Below, one piece after another: positions 26,955 through 38,550 of a stretch of 64,000 bases of DNA. The stretch is from Lama glama. Its lineage: Eukaryota. Under the pieces are notes generated by a model, which saw nothing but the letters and a program-made list of their open reading frames with translations, had not been told where the DNA came from and did no database searches. The stretch's first letter is position 1. Every line of letters begins with the position of its first letter. The position numbers and the translations under genes are program-made. The stretch spans positions 62,312,001 to 62,376,000 of the forward strand of contig CM052816.1 in NCBI GenBank assembly GCA_028534125.1, in the 5' to 3' direction.

Positions 26955-27997
26955 ATTTTATTGAAGTATAACTTACATAGAAAAAAATTCACAAATGCAC
27001 AATGAACTCTAACAAACTGAAAACACCCGTGCAACCACTATCTCCCATTATCTGGCTTAAGAAATAGAACCTTACTGACAGCCTGAAGGTCCCTTTCATG
27101 CTCCCTCTCAAAAAACCAATTTGCAGACAGGTGGCTCATTCAAAATCACAGAGATGGTAAGTTTCAGAGCCAGGACTTATCTATAAGGCTCTTATACAAT
27201 GCCATTTTCATTGTCATCATATTTATTTCATTGTCATCAGTTTTATACTTGTTGGGATTCCCATAGCACAGATTATATGAATTAACAGCTTCTACAGAAG
27301 CACTTATCTTGCAGTGGGAGTTTTTGGTTGGGCAGACATCACTGTCAGTATAACAAAAACATTCTTTTGGAGAACCTGGAGAAGGTTAGAGAGAAAATAA
27401 AAAGTACTGTTTGCTCACAAAAATGTTGGAGAATGCATTTTAAGGGCTTTAATGCTCAAAATAAATCACTCAAGGCTAAAGTGAACTTTCTACATGACAA
27501 GTATGAAATAAACAAAAATCCTCTGCTACTCATGGAAAGGTCTCTTAATGAGCACATTTCTCATTCATCAAGGTCATTTTGTTTCTGAAAATTAATGCTA
27601 CATAAATATTTCCCTTTTTAAGAAATGTGAAGCAATTAACTGAGACTTTGTTCATAATTAAACAAAGTGTTACTAGTAAACTCCATATCTAAAATTCACA
27701 TTCATTGGTTGGACTCCGTGCCATAGTAATAGGAATGAGTCTTCAATATCTACAAATCCCTTGGCAGGGTGGGGGTATTAACTCTGCTGTTCAATTTTGA
27801 CACATGGAAAAAGCAATATACGAGTAAGTTGGCACATTGAAAGCAATCAGCACAGCACCCAAAACATAGGTAACACTCAGTAAATGATGGTCTTGTCACT
27901 CTCCTAATTCTCCCAGGCTGCTTTTACTTATTTATGTGTAAAGCAAAGGGAAGGAAGCCAATTTAAAGAATGGTTAATTCAATAGCCTTATACTTAC

Positions 27998-28132
27998 CTT
28001 TAAAATACATGTATCATTTTCTCTTTTCAATTTTTTTATTTATTTGATTAAAGTAGTACGTATCCTTCAGTAAGTTACCACTTTCAGTAAAGGAAGATCA
28101 CAGGGGGAATACTATCTGAGATGTAAAATCTG
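27998..28132 (-). other. NCOA1: Candidate internal 5'UTR exon (135 nt; 132 nt with the NAGNAG acceptor), tentatively NCOA1
   Basis: Minus strand acceptor 'ttttggttgtctttag|cag|' and consensus donor 'aag|gtaagt'. All three frames contain stops, so it is non-coding. The gene name comes from recalled exon sizes and spacing only. Confidence 0.55.
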
Positions 28133-28889
28133 CTAAAGACAACCAAAATGTAGAAAAATTTTGGTAAGTATAAAAATAAAACAGCAATTAAAAGGAGTTC
28201 CTGAGAATAGGAATGAAATTGGCCATGAGGTCAGTAACAACATAGTTTTGTTTTCTGGCCAATAAGACTCTAACTGCATCAACTAAGTAATGTAATCCAG
28301 TTGTCATACAGTACGAAGACACCAAGATAAAAAGAACCAAGCTTCCAGGCTTCCAATTTTGGTTCCATCACTTCCAGCTAAGTAACCTTGGCCAATGACT
28401 TAACTTCTTCGTTAAGTCATGTTTTCTCATTTACAAAAGAAGAAAACAGAAGTTTTCTTCATAGGATTCATGAGAGGACAAATTAACTAATATTCATATG
28501 GTGCTTAGATTAATGCATACAAATCAGTAAAAGCTAAATGTATTTTTATTACTTCTTAAGCATATTAGAATTTTCATATTTATGGATACTACCTTAAATT
28601 TTTCAAGAATATAAATAAATGTTAATCATGATGTTTGACCAAAATATCCTTTAATTTTTTTATCATTCACTATATATACATAGCCAACAATCTTTTTCAA
28701 AATATGAAGAAGTTGTTTTAATATATAATTATCAATAATTGAATACATATTTTGCTGATTTATATCTTACTAAATGATATTAATTGATATTAAAATATTT
28801 CTAAAAGTACTACTTATAGTATAAAATAACAAAAACTTATTAACTATAATGCATGACTTGAGAAGACTTCTTTTCCTTAAGTACGTTGC

Positions 28890-29458
28890 TGTGGGATAAG
28901 TACTGCTATCTTGGCTGAAAAGGTGGTTGACAGATGGAATGATACATACAGACAATGATCAGACCACACAAAAAAACAGAACTCTGATCCATAATCTGCA
29001 GCAACCAGCCCAAAGCCAACCCACTCATTATCTACAGTAATCGGTCTAGGAAGTCAGACTATTATTTCCAGCAACTAGTCCAGGAAGTCAAGACATAACC
29101 CCTGAAACAATCAGCCCAAAATGGCTAGGGCTTGATGAATAATGGACAGCTTCTCTAATTTATGTCCTCATTTTAACCTAGGACCAACTGAAGAAAGCCA
29201 AATAGGAACCCCTCACCAATCACATAGGATGCCCTGCATCTAGTTAGTCCATCTACAGCTTCTCCATGCCAACAGGCTCCAGTCAGGGTACTCCCAAAGC
29301 CTTCCCATGTTGCTACTGTAAAGATTTTCTGCTCATCCACCTGCCTTTGGAGTCTGACAAATGCAAGTGATGGTGGCTGGCTCTCTGGCTATATAGCAAG
29401 TTCGGACTAAGTAGCTACTGCATTTTCTCATTTGGATGGGCTTCATTTATTTTCACAT
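28890..29458 (+). mobile_element. ERV1-like solo LTR
   Basis: TG...CA ends, internal repeated 'gcaac(c/t)ag(c/t)cc' motifs and a CCAAT ('accaatcac'); family not resolved. Confidence 0.6.
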
Positions 29459-30069
29459 GGTTACAAGAGACCCCCCTAAGGAAAAAAATGGCTATTTAAA
29501 GTATATTTTATAACATTTCATCAGATAATGGCATTCTTAGAAAGAAACAGAACTGAGGGGAGGGGGAGCCAATGAGTTTATTGTGTCTAAAGGTCTTTTT
29601 CTTTTTTTTTCAGATAAAATTGAGAAACATTCTGTAACATCACAGAAAATATAATATTCTGAGAACCAATGAATAAAATATATTGGTATTAGAGGTATGT
29701 AAAAGGACACAATTGACAAATGAAGTCACTTCAATCCAAGGTTGTGTTGTAGGCAGAAGCATGATACATTAAGTGATTAGTGAAATTATTTCTGAGCTTA
29801 CAACAGAACCACTAGAAAGCTAAAACTGTTAAATCTTCTATTTCTGCATGTACTGAAATAAATCTGTATGACATCAATGAAATGCATCTTCTTTATGCTC
29901 TCTCCTATTTGGAGCTTTGGAATACTCATTTGCATTCAGTATGCATTCAGAATGAGTATGACTGCTGGATTAAATCTGACCCATGATAAAGAAGAGAGGA
30001 GGCTGAGCCAATACTCTGGATGATTTAATAATTAGGGAAGGAAGGAACATACAATAATGCAAACAACAG

Positions 30070-30280
30070 CACTTGCTACGTGGAAGGCACTGTGCTAGGA
30101 AAACTGTATATGATTTTCCTTTTAAGATATATGCTACCGTTCCCATTTTACATATGAAGAAACTGAGGCTCAGAGATGAGATATTAAACAAACGTGACCT
30201 AGTCATCCAGCTAGGTAGTTGTAGAACTATGGCTCATTCCCAAATTGATCTCATGCCAAAGCCTTTGCTCTGTACTACAT
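30070..30280 (-). mobile_element. MIR
   Basis: 'cccattttacatatgaagaaactgaggctcagaga'. Confidence 0.85.
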
Positions 30281-30569
30281 ATGTTCAACTATCTCCCTAG
30301 AAGTAGTCATCAACAGAGGGAAACAGGAAAGTCCATATAATAAGTTAAGTATCAACACTGAAAGGAATTGGGGGATTGGTTATTCTAAATGAATAGATAA
30401 CTTTACAAATGGGGAAACTGGAGCCAGAGAAGTGATGTGACCTACTCAGACAATATCAGTAGTGGAACCCAAGACCTAATCAAACATTGCAGAAATTAAT
30501 TTCTTTCTTACTTAAATATGAATTAATTCATTAAAAAAGACTTTTAAAATAAATAACTCTTTGAAATCA

Positions 30570-31020
30570 GTCATAATAAAGTATTAGAAAACAATGAAAA
30601 ATTCAATAATACGGGAATGATTAAAGAAATTATGGAATAACCATACAATGGAGTATTTTGTAGCCACTAAAAATGATGATGTATGTCATAGACTTGGAAA
30701 AAACTGCCATGAAGTTAAGTTGGGGGGAAAGCAGTTTATAAGACTATGCAGAATTATGCTATTTGGTAAAATGTCTATAAAGTCTGCATGAATAAATTTG
30801 TGCATTACATAATATGTGCATATAGATATACACACACTATATTCTTAAATTTATTTGTGTTTACAAAATTGTACATGTGTAAAATCTATAAAAGTTAAGG
30901 ATTTATCCCAAAATGTTAACAATAATTCTTTTTTGGTGCTAGAAATAGGATTATCAGAGGCTTTGATTCTTTTCATACTGTTTAAATTTTTATAATGGGC
31001 ATATAATATCTTTATAATCA
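30570..31020 (+). mobile_element. L1ME-type 3' fragment
   Basis: 'aaattatggaataaccatacaatggagtattttgtagccactaaaaatg'. Confidence 0.7.
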
Positions 31021-31030
31021 AAACAAAACA

Positions 31031-31160
31031 GGGGGAGGGTATATAGCTCAGTGGTAAAGCACACGCTTAGCATGCACGAGGTCCTGGGTTCAATCCCCAG
31101 TACCTCCATTAAATAAATAAGTAAACCACGTAAAATTACCCAACCCCTGGAAAAAAAAAA
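31031..31160 (+). mobile_element. tRNA-Ala-derived SINE (camelid vic-1 type)
   Basis: A box 'tagctcagtgg', anticodon arm 'cgcttagcatg', B box 'ggttcaatcc', then 'cctcca' and an A-rich tail. Confidence 0.88.
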
Positions 31161-31389
31161 TAGAAAGCTAGTTTAATTATGAAAACAATTATGTCTGTGT
31201 TAAAGAAACTGTACCTTAGCCCAGGATATTGTCTAAACTTTAACATATACAACCAAATAAATAACCAAACATCAACTGTTGAACATATCTGCCTGTATAT
31301 CCTACAAATATGTCAGTCTCAATGTGTCCGCCCACTCCTTACCTCGTTCCCTTCCCAAACTGTTTCTCAACGTGTATTCGATTCAAGGG

Positions 31390-32090
31390 AAGAACATCCT
31401 CAATTCACTGACCAGAAAACAGTGATCCCTCCTGCCTGTCTTTCACCATTGCATCTAATTAGTTCTCAAGGGCTCTCAGGACTCAGTTTTTCTCAAATTT
31501 GTTGATCTCCAATGTCATTTTAACCTCTTGTCAGAATTTCTAAAATAACTTCCTAACTAGTCTTCTGACTCTCCTGTAGATCTTACTGCTTTGTTTCTCC
31601 TATTTACCCTTTACATTTTGGCTATACTGACTTCAAAAACATGATCTCATCAGGTCACTCTTAAATCTTGTTTTAGATTTCCTAGTAAGGCATAAAATTG
31701 TTTCTTAGTTCTGGCCTCCATATTTCTTACCATCTTGACTCCCAGTCAGAAATGTCCCTGTACTCATCCTTCTACCAATGTTACCACTTTCTTACGGTTA
31801 CTCCCTGAATAGGCCATGGGCTCTCCTTCCACTCTTCTCTGCCTCACCTCCTAGTCAACTCCTGACTGAATGTCCCACAAGACTTCATTTAAAGATTCTC
31901 AGGAGGAAAGCTCTTCTGAGCCCTCACCTTCCCGTATAGAGTTGGCTGTTTCTCTGACATCTTGTGCATACTTCTTTTATGACACTTGTCACAATCCATC
32001 TCAGTTATTAGACTGTGAGCTTGTAAGGGCAAATACTATGTATTTTTCTTTATTTCCCTCACCCTGAACAGAGTGCTTAAATATATGAAA
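31390..32090 (+). mobile_element. Decayed L2
   Basis: Pyrimidine-rich L2 3' region ending 'tagactgtgagcttgtaagggca...gagtgcttaaata'. Confidence 0.6.
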
Positions 32091-32653
32091 CACATGAAGA
32101 ATTTGGAAGCTTTACTAATTGTCAACATTTTTTATTTTTTAGATGAATAATTTAAGAATTTTTTTTAAGAAATAAGGATCCAAAATTCATGTAATGGCTG
32201 ATTAATTTTTTTGAGAAATGTTTAAAAAAATTCAGTTCAAAGCAATGTGACCTTTCTTTAGAAATACAGGAAGTATGGTTTATCCATAGAAAAAAATGTA
32301 ATACAGAACAACTGTTTTTTTGGGGTTTTTTTTGTTTTGTTTTGAATGGTTCATACTTTTATTTGTATATACCACTTCACACCATAATGGTACCATGTTC
32401 AAGCACCCATTGTAAGGAATAAATATTACCCTTCAACAAAGCAGTTTACAATTCTTGCTAGAGAGGTAAATACAGTGGTTGGTAATTGGCAAAGTGGCCT
32501 ATAAGGTGCTTTCACAATTTCATAATTAGTACTAAATGTTAATGATAATGAGAGCTCACAGATATATGATGCTTTATGGTTGAAAATTACTTTCACTTCA
32601 ATTATTGCATTTTATTATTACAATCTGCTCTATGAGGTAATTTATTCTTCCTC

Positions 32654-32869
32654 TTTTTTTAACATTTTTTATTGATTTATAATCATTTTACAATGTTGTG
32701 TCAAATTCCAGTGTTCAGCACAATTTTTCAGTCATTCATGGACATATACACACTCATTGTCACATTTTTTTCTCTGTGATTTATCATAACATTTTGTGTA
32801 TATTTCCCTGTGCTATACAGTGTAATCTTGTCTATCTGTTCTACAATTTTGAAATCCCAGTCTATCCCT
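32654..32869 (-). mobile_element. Young 5'-truncated L1 3' end, antisense
   Basis: Reverse complement of the 3'UTR seen at ~45970-46187 and ~59485-59699; no clear TSD. Confidence 0.92.
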
Positions 32870-33944
32870 CAGAACAACTGTTGAAGATGACTTCTGAGGG
32901 TGGGTTCTCCTTTTGTGAAGGCCAGGGTATCAGCTATCATTTCAAATAACTCAGATGTATTGACCAATGACTTTCTAAGGTCCCTTAAGAACCTGTGAAT
33001 CCAAGATAGGACATATACTAATGGCTAGAGAAAAACATGGGAATTAAAGTTTTCTACACTATTGCTGTGTACCTTTTCTTAGGCATTTTGTTTTATGCGA
33101 TTTGCTTAAAGCTTGCCATCAACTGTAACTAGCTAAGTTCATTATAGTATACAATAGCCAAACAAAAAGACTATATAAAAAGAATGGATAATCTTAGGAT
33201 ACTGGCCTGTATTTTCACTATGGCTTGCTTTGTGATCGAATCATTACAAAAGCTAGTTTTACTTGATGAGTCCATTTATAAATTCATTTTCCTCCAGCTC
33301 AAACTCTCCTAAATCTTTTTTGTAACCTAACATAGTACAAAAAGCATGCTGCAAAATGCCAGAGGTTTTCTGATGTCCCCAAGGCACAAAATACTTTATT
33401 GCTATTTAAGTAAAAGAAGAAATAAAGTAAATAATTCCTGTTGAAGACCCATACATTGCCAGACGCAAGGCACTAGTATGTTTCTGTCAGGCTCTAAGGA
33501 GACGGAATCATTACATGAAATACCACCTCCACAGTTTTCACCTTCCCCTTGTCACCAGGCCCTATTTATCACCACTCTGGCACTGCTTCTTAAACAGCAA
33601 CTTCCTAGAAAACAGTTAAAGGTGGGCTTCGAATAACTTTAGCTCTCCAAAGTGTTTAGCTGTCTAATGGTGTTAGCTATCTCTAAGCTTTAAATCTTCA
33701 CAATCTTTATTTTTCAACCTTTCATGTACCTGAATACAATTTTAAAGTATCTTCCACTTATTAAAGGTGAAGTGGTGAACTCTGGGCCTAGTTTTCAGGC
33801 TCAGAACACTCAAATGTTCATTTTTACTTTTTAAGATAACATTAGTGTAAGTATTAAGAATATGTGAAGGTTCAGGAAGAAGATCTACTACTGGTAAAGG
33901 CAAATTTCATACAAAAATAATTTTAACTTCAATGACAATACCTT

Positions 33945-34170
33945 GTATTTATCAAATGCTTAGTATATGCAAGGTCCTGTCCCCAAATTAAAATATATCA
34001 CATCATTTAATCCTGACAATAACCTTAGGAGTTGGGCACTATTATCTTCAATTTACAGACAGGGACACAGAAACCCAGAGACACTGACAGCTAGAAACTG
34101 GAAGAAAGAGGCAGGACTAAACAAAACTGGTCTGATTCCAGATCCCAAGTTCTTGGCTGGCTACATGCTA
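33945..34170 (-). mobile_element. MIR
   Basis: 'catcatttaatcctgacaataaccttaggag...tttacagacagggacacaga'. Confidence 0.75.
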
Positions 34171-34244
34171 AGCTTCTTAACCTCTTAGATTCCTATGTGA
34201 TATCTAATTAAAAAACAAACAAACAAACAAACAAAAAACTCACA

Positions 34245-34535
34245 ATGGCTGAAGGTGGTAAAAAGGTACAAATTTCCAGTTATAAAATAAGCCAGTCCTG
34301 GGAATGTAATGTACAGCATGGGACTGCAGTTAATATTACTGTACTGTATGTTTGAAAGTTGCTAAGAGAGAAGATCTTCAAAGTTCTCATCACAAGAAAA
34401 AAATTGTTAAGTATGTATGCTGATGGATGTTAACCAGACTTGTGATGATCATTTCAAAATACATACAAATACCAAATTATGTTATACACCTGAAACTAGT
34501 ATATTATATGTCAGTTACATCCCAATTAAAAAATG
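34245..34535 (+). mobile_element. L1MA/L1MB-type 3' end
   Basis: 'ggtacaaatttccagttataaaataag', 'gttatacacctgaaacta'. Confidence 0.85.
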
Positions 34536-34559
34536 AATCCCCATACTAATTACCCTATA

Positions 34560-36190
34560 ATAATTGTTTATGTCTTTGCCCTCTGATTAATAAACTCCTT
34601 GAGGATAAAGATTCAGTCTTAATTATCTTTGCATTCCCAGGATTGAGTGCAGGGCATGGCACATTTAGGCACTTCAGTGTTCATTCATTCATTCATTCAT
34701 TTAGTAGATATTTGTTGAACCCTTAATATATGTTAGCACTGGGACAGTTGCTGGAGATAATGACTGTGAGCAAAACCAGACACAGCCACTTCCCTCGCGT
34801 AGCTTACAGCCTAGTAGAGAAGACCTTAAGTAAATAATCCTTCTGATGAAGGATTAATTAAATATTGAGATAACTGCTCTGAAAGAAGGAAATAAGCTCA
34901 CTGAGGCAAACGACAAAGGAATCTGATATAATTTTGTGGATGCAGAAAGACTTCCAAGGAAGAAATCCTTTAGGTTACACATGAAGGATGAGTAGGATTA
35001 AAACGGCAAAATGGTGGGGGAGGTTGAAAAGCCTCCCTGGAGAGAACAGAGAGCTAGGGGAAGAGGGCAGCAATATGAGGCTAGAGAGGCAGACATGGGT
35101 TGACCAGGCTGGTTTTCTCAGGCCAAGTTAGAATTGAGATATTTATCCTAAGAGCAAGGAATCTATAGCAGGTTTCTAAGGAGGGAGTTGATATCTATGT
35201 TAAGTAAAAATCACTCTGGCTGCAGTATGGAGAAAAGACTGGCAGATAAGAGGTTTCCCATGTGATCATTCCATGCTCAGTGATGTGATAGGCAATGTAA
35301 AAAAAAACCCCTGAGATTTATAAAGCTGATAAACAGCTTTTTTAAATAACCAAAGGAATTTTGCTTAATGCTTTTATAATGATTTGACTTATAAGAAGCG
35401 ATTTACATTTACATAATTTTTGCTTTTTTCAGCTATGTATGTACAACTTACTTATTCAATTAATATTTATTAAGCCAGGTACTGTAATGTGCCAGGCAGA
35501 GTTCTAAATACTATGGTTACAGGAATAAAAAAAGACAAAACTTTCCCATGAAGCTTGCCCTCTAATGGAAGTGAAGGATAATATACAAGTAAACAAGTGA
35601 AAAAAATGATATAATTGCAAGTAAAGATAAGTGCTACCAAGAAAAATAAAATAGAAATAGGTTGAAAGCTATGAGTGGTCAGAAAAGGCCTCTCTGAGAA
35701 TAGAATAGAATTTGATCAAAAACAAAAACAGCTAGTCACACAGAGACTGGGAACAGCAGAGGCAAAGATCTGAAGGCAGGACAACATGTGAATATAACTA
35801 GGAAACAGCAAAGAGACCAGTGTAGTCGCAGTGAGCGAGGAGGAGAGTGGTAGACGAACAGTCAAGAACACAGGCTCTTCTTGTGGGGGCAGCAGATCAT
35901 GAGGATCCTGAGGAACGAGTAAGGAGTTTATATTTTATTGTGTGGCATACTCATTACATGGCAATGGGAAGCCGTAAGACATCCTGATACAGAACAGCAT
36001 GCTCTGATTTACGTGACTGCCATGGGGTTGGGGGGTAGACTCCAGGGAGCAAAAATAGTAGCAGGAAGATAAACTGAGCTGGTACAGTGGTCTAGGCAGG
36101 TGACAATGGTGATTTGATTACTGGTGGAAGATGAAGAAAAACAAATGGATTCAGAACACATTTTGAAGATATAACCAACTGTACCCGGTT
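34560..36190. mobile_element. Cluster of L2 fragments: a short + copy, then two - copies starting ~34680 and ~35450
   Basis: L2 tail '(tcat)n ttagtagatatttgttga', 'ttattcaattaatatttattaag' and purine-rich reverse L2 body. Confidence 0.7.
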
Positions 36191-37294
36191 GACAGAAAAT
36201 GTCTATTTTCATTAGATTACAGGAGTTTACTATTTCAAGGGAACCTAAAGCAAATACTTTTACAAATGAAAGAATTTACCCTTAAATCACCCATAATATA
36301 AATTCAGACTTTGACAAATTAGGCTTGTTTAAAAGCAGAGTATGTCTGTATTATTTTATTTAATTCAGGGTTTTCCCACCTTTAAAGGTGAACACAGGAG
36401 TTATAATGGGTGAACTTCACTTACTAAGAGCACTTCTAGGATAAAGATTTGAGAGAAAAGTGAAAGCTACTCCAATACTAACTATATCTTTTACTCTAAT
36501 TTCTCATAGGTCTTCAATTTTCCCTGTCCATAAAACTCCCAGCACTCCACTGAATCTACCAGGTTCATGGAATAAATACAACACACCTGAGCCTCCAGTT
36601 AGAGATCATTTTTACAGACCGAAAAACTGTAACCTGAACAATATTTTTTAACAAAAATAACATTAAGTTTAATTTTATTATTAATATTTTTAACAAACTG
36701 TTAAACTCCAGGGGATCAAATTTTAACCTAGTTATTTCTTCAAAACTAAGTTTCCTGTAAAATTTCTGAGTTTTTATCTTTTTCTGTCTTTTAAGAAAAA
36801 GGAATATTAGTAGTCCACTAATTTACAGAGAACATTATTTCAGTTGTGATGCTTAAATGACAAGAGGGTTGTAAAGGATGCAAAAAAAAAAAACAACTCA
36901 TAGAAATTAAAAACTCAACTGACAAATTTCTCATAAAATATTTTAGAGGAGACATAAACTCTACTGACAAACCTTAAACTCATGGTATTAAGAAAAAACA
37001 ACTTGTAGAATGGAAGTCTACAGCTTCATAAATGTTTATAGTCTAGCAAGTACAAATATCAAAGTCACCAAATTCAGATGTGCAAAAATGTAATGGTTTC
37101 TCAGCAAGTGAATCTAGTATATTCAGCTCTCACTTGCTCTGTGTAAACTAGGACAACAATCTTCAGGGCAAATTATTCGCTTCCAGTTCAAAGCTTGGTT
37201 TCTTTGTGTGGTAAATAGGATTTTCCCTTAGTACCCTATCTTTCCCTTCTGCCATCCTTGATCCCTGAGAGGACTTGGGGAGCACAGAGCTTAC

Positions 37295-37400
37295 CTGACT
37301 CAGGGCATCTGAGGTGGGAGAGAGGAGGGTAAATGGCCCATGGGTGTCCTCTGTCAACACAGACTCTGGGGGCTGTGGGTGGGGAGGCAGGTCTCCTTCT
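37295..37400 (-). other. Candidate alternative first (or cassette) non-coding exon of the minus-strand gene
   Basis: Donor 'cag|gtaagc' at 37295/37294. Upstream there is a TATA-like TATAAAAA at 37423-37416 and an alternative acceptor 'ctttcacactag|g' at 37402/37401. Non-repeat, locally more GC-rich. Confidence 0.4.
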
Positions 37401-37609
37401 CCTAGTGTGAAAGAGGTTTTTATATGCTCTCCAAGTGCAAGAAAAATGAGCCTCTATATCCACCCTTCTTTCCTTTTCAGTCAATTGTTTATGCCATAAA
37501 GTTCATGTTTAACTCTTTGTCTTTGGGATCTCTCAAAACTTTTCTGTCAAAAAGTCCAGTTTTCACAAATCAAAATTATTTGCTTTCAAGACTATTGTTT
37601 TTGCAGAGA

Positions 37610-37641
37610 ATTAAAAACGTCATCATCATCAACAACACAAA

Positions 37642-37677
<36 letters not shown>

Positions 37678-37760
37678 ACGAAAACCCAAAAGCTCTACGT
37701 CACTGAAGTCTTCTCTGATCTGCATTTGCCCTCTGCTTGTAGACAAGGCACGTGTAGCCA
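37610..37760. promoter_or_regulatory. Candidate regulatory motif cluster
   Basis: CRE-like TGACGT(T/A) on minus at 37616-37622 and 37696-37702, E-box CACGTG at 37749-37754, CTCF-like CAAGCAGAGGGCAA on minus at 37726-37739; retained CpGs. Confidence 0.35.
37643..37674. repeat. (CAAG)8 tetranucleotide repeat
   Basis: Perfect repeat. Confidence 0.97.
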
Positions 37761-38149
37761 GCAGCCAGCTGAACTGTGGAGGGAAAACAGGAAGGGGTAC
37801 ACACAAGAGGGACCTCAGTTAAAAGCTCAGAAGACTACCCACTGCACTGAGACTCCCGAAGGTCAGTTATATCACTGACAACCACAGGTCTAGGAAAGTT
37901 AAATTAATTTTTTATATCTTTAATTTAGAGTGTAGTATAACACTAAAAACTAAGAACAGCAAATTCATTTGGTTGCTTGGGTTGTTAAAAGTATTTCAAA
38001 TGTGACTATTTCTCATTCCTTAACATTCGAAGGCATAAATTAATGTAATAATAGTTACTGCAATGTAAGAATCACCTACTGGGTGCCAGGTGCTGAGCTC
38101 ATCCTCCTCACACAGACCTCTGTATGTGTCAAGAAAGCTTTCAAATACA

Positions 38150-38550
38150 ATAAACGGAATAACTGATTATATATAACTTAAACAAATTATGGTTTATTTT
38201 CTCATGCACTAAAAGTCTAAAATTGCAGGCTGCAAGACAGCTCCCACAGCTTGAGGCATAGTGTTGTTTAAGGCAGGAAAAAGGGGAAGTGTTTGGACCA
38301 GCCACATCTGTCCCTTTTGCACACAAGAAAAAGCTTTTCTGGAAGGTCCTGGGAGATTTCTGCCTATTTTTCACTGATTTGAATGATACTGTTTAGCCAG
38401 TTAGCTACAAGAGAGATTAGAAAAGTTTGCTTTTAGGGTCTGTTTGTTTTGTTTGATGTTTTTGGGAGGAGCCCTCCATAGGAAAGGCAGGCAGGGAAGG
38501 AGGAGGCTGGAAACAAGTACTAAATTAATGAACTAACAATGTCTGCCACA
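38150..38550 (-). mobile_element. Old MLT1 (J/K/L-like) LTR
   Basis: 'aacttaaacaaattatggtttattttctcatg', 'ttagccagttagctacaagagagattagaaaag'. Confidence 0.55.

Noticed and set aside
31031..31108. tRNA-Ala(AGC) gene
   Set aside because: It has an extra 5' G-rich leader, substitutions in the stems and an A-rich tail, which are features of a tRNA-derived SINE.
37424..37822. 132-aa ORF with KQAS repeats
   Set aside because: The repeats come from the (CAAG)8 microsatellite, and there is no recognisable domain or splice support.
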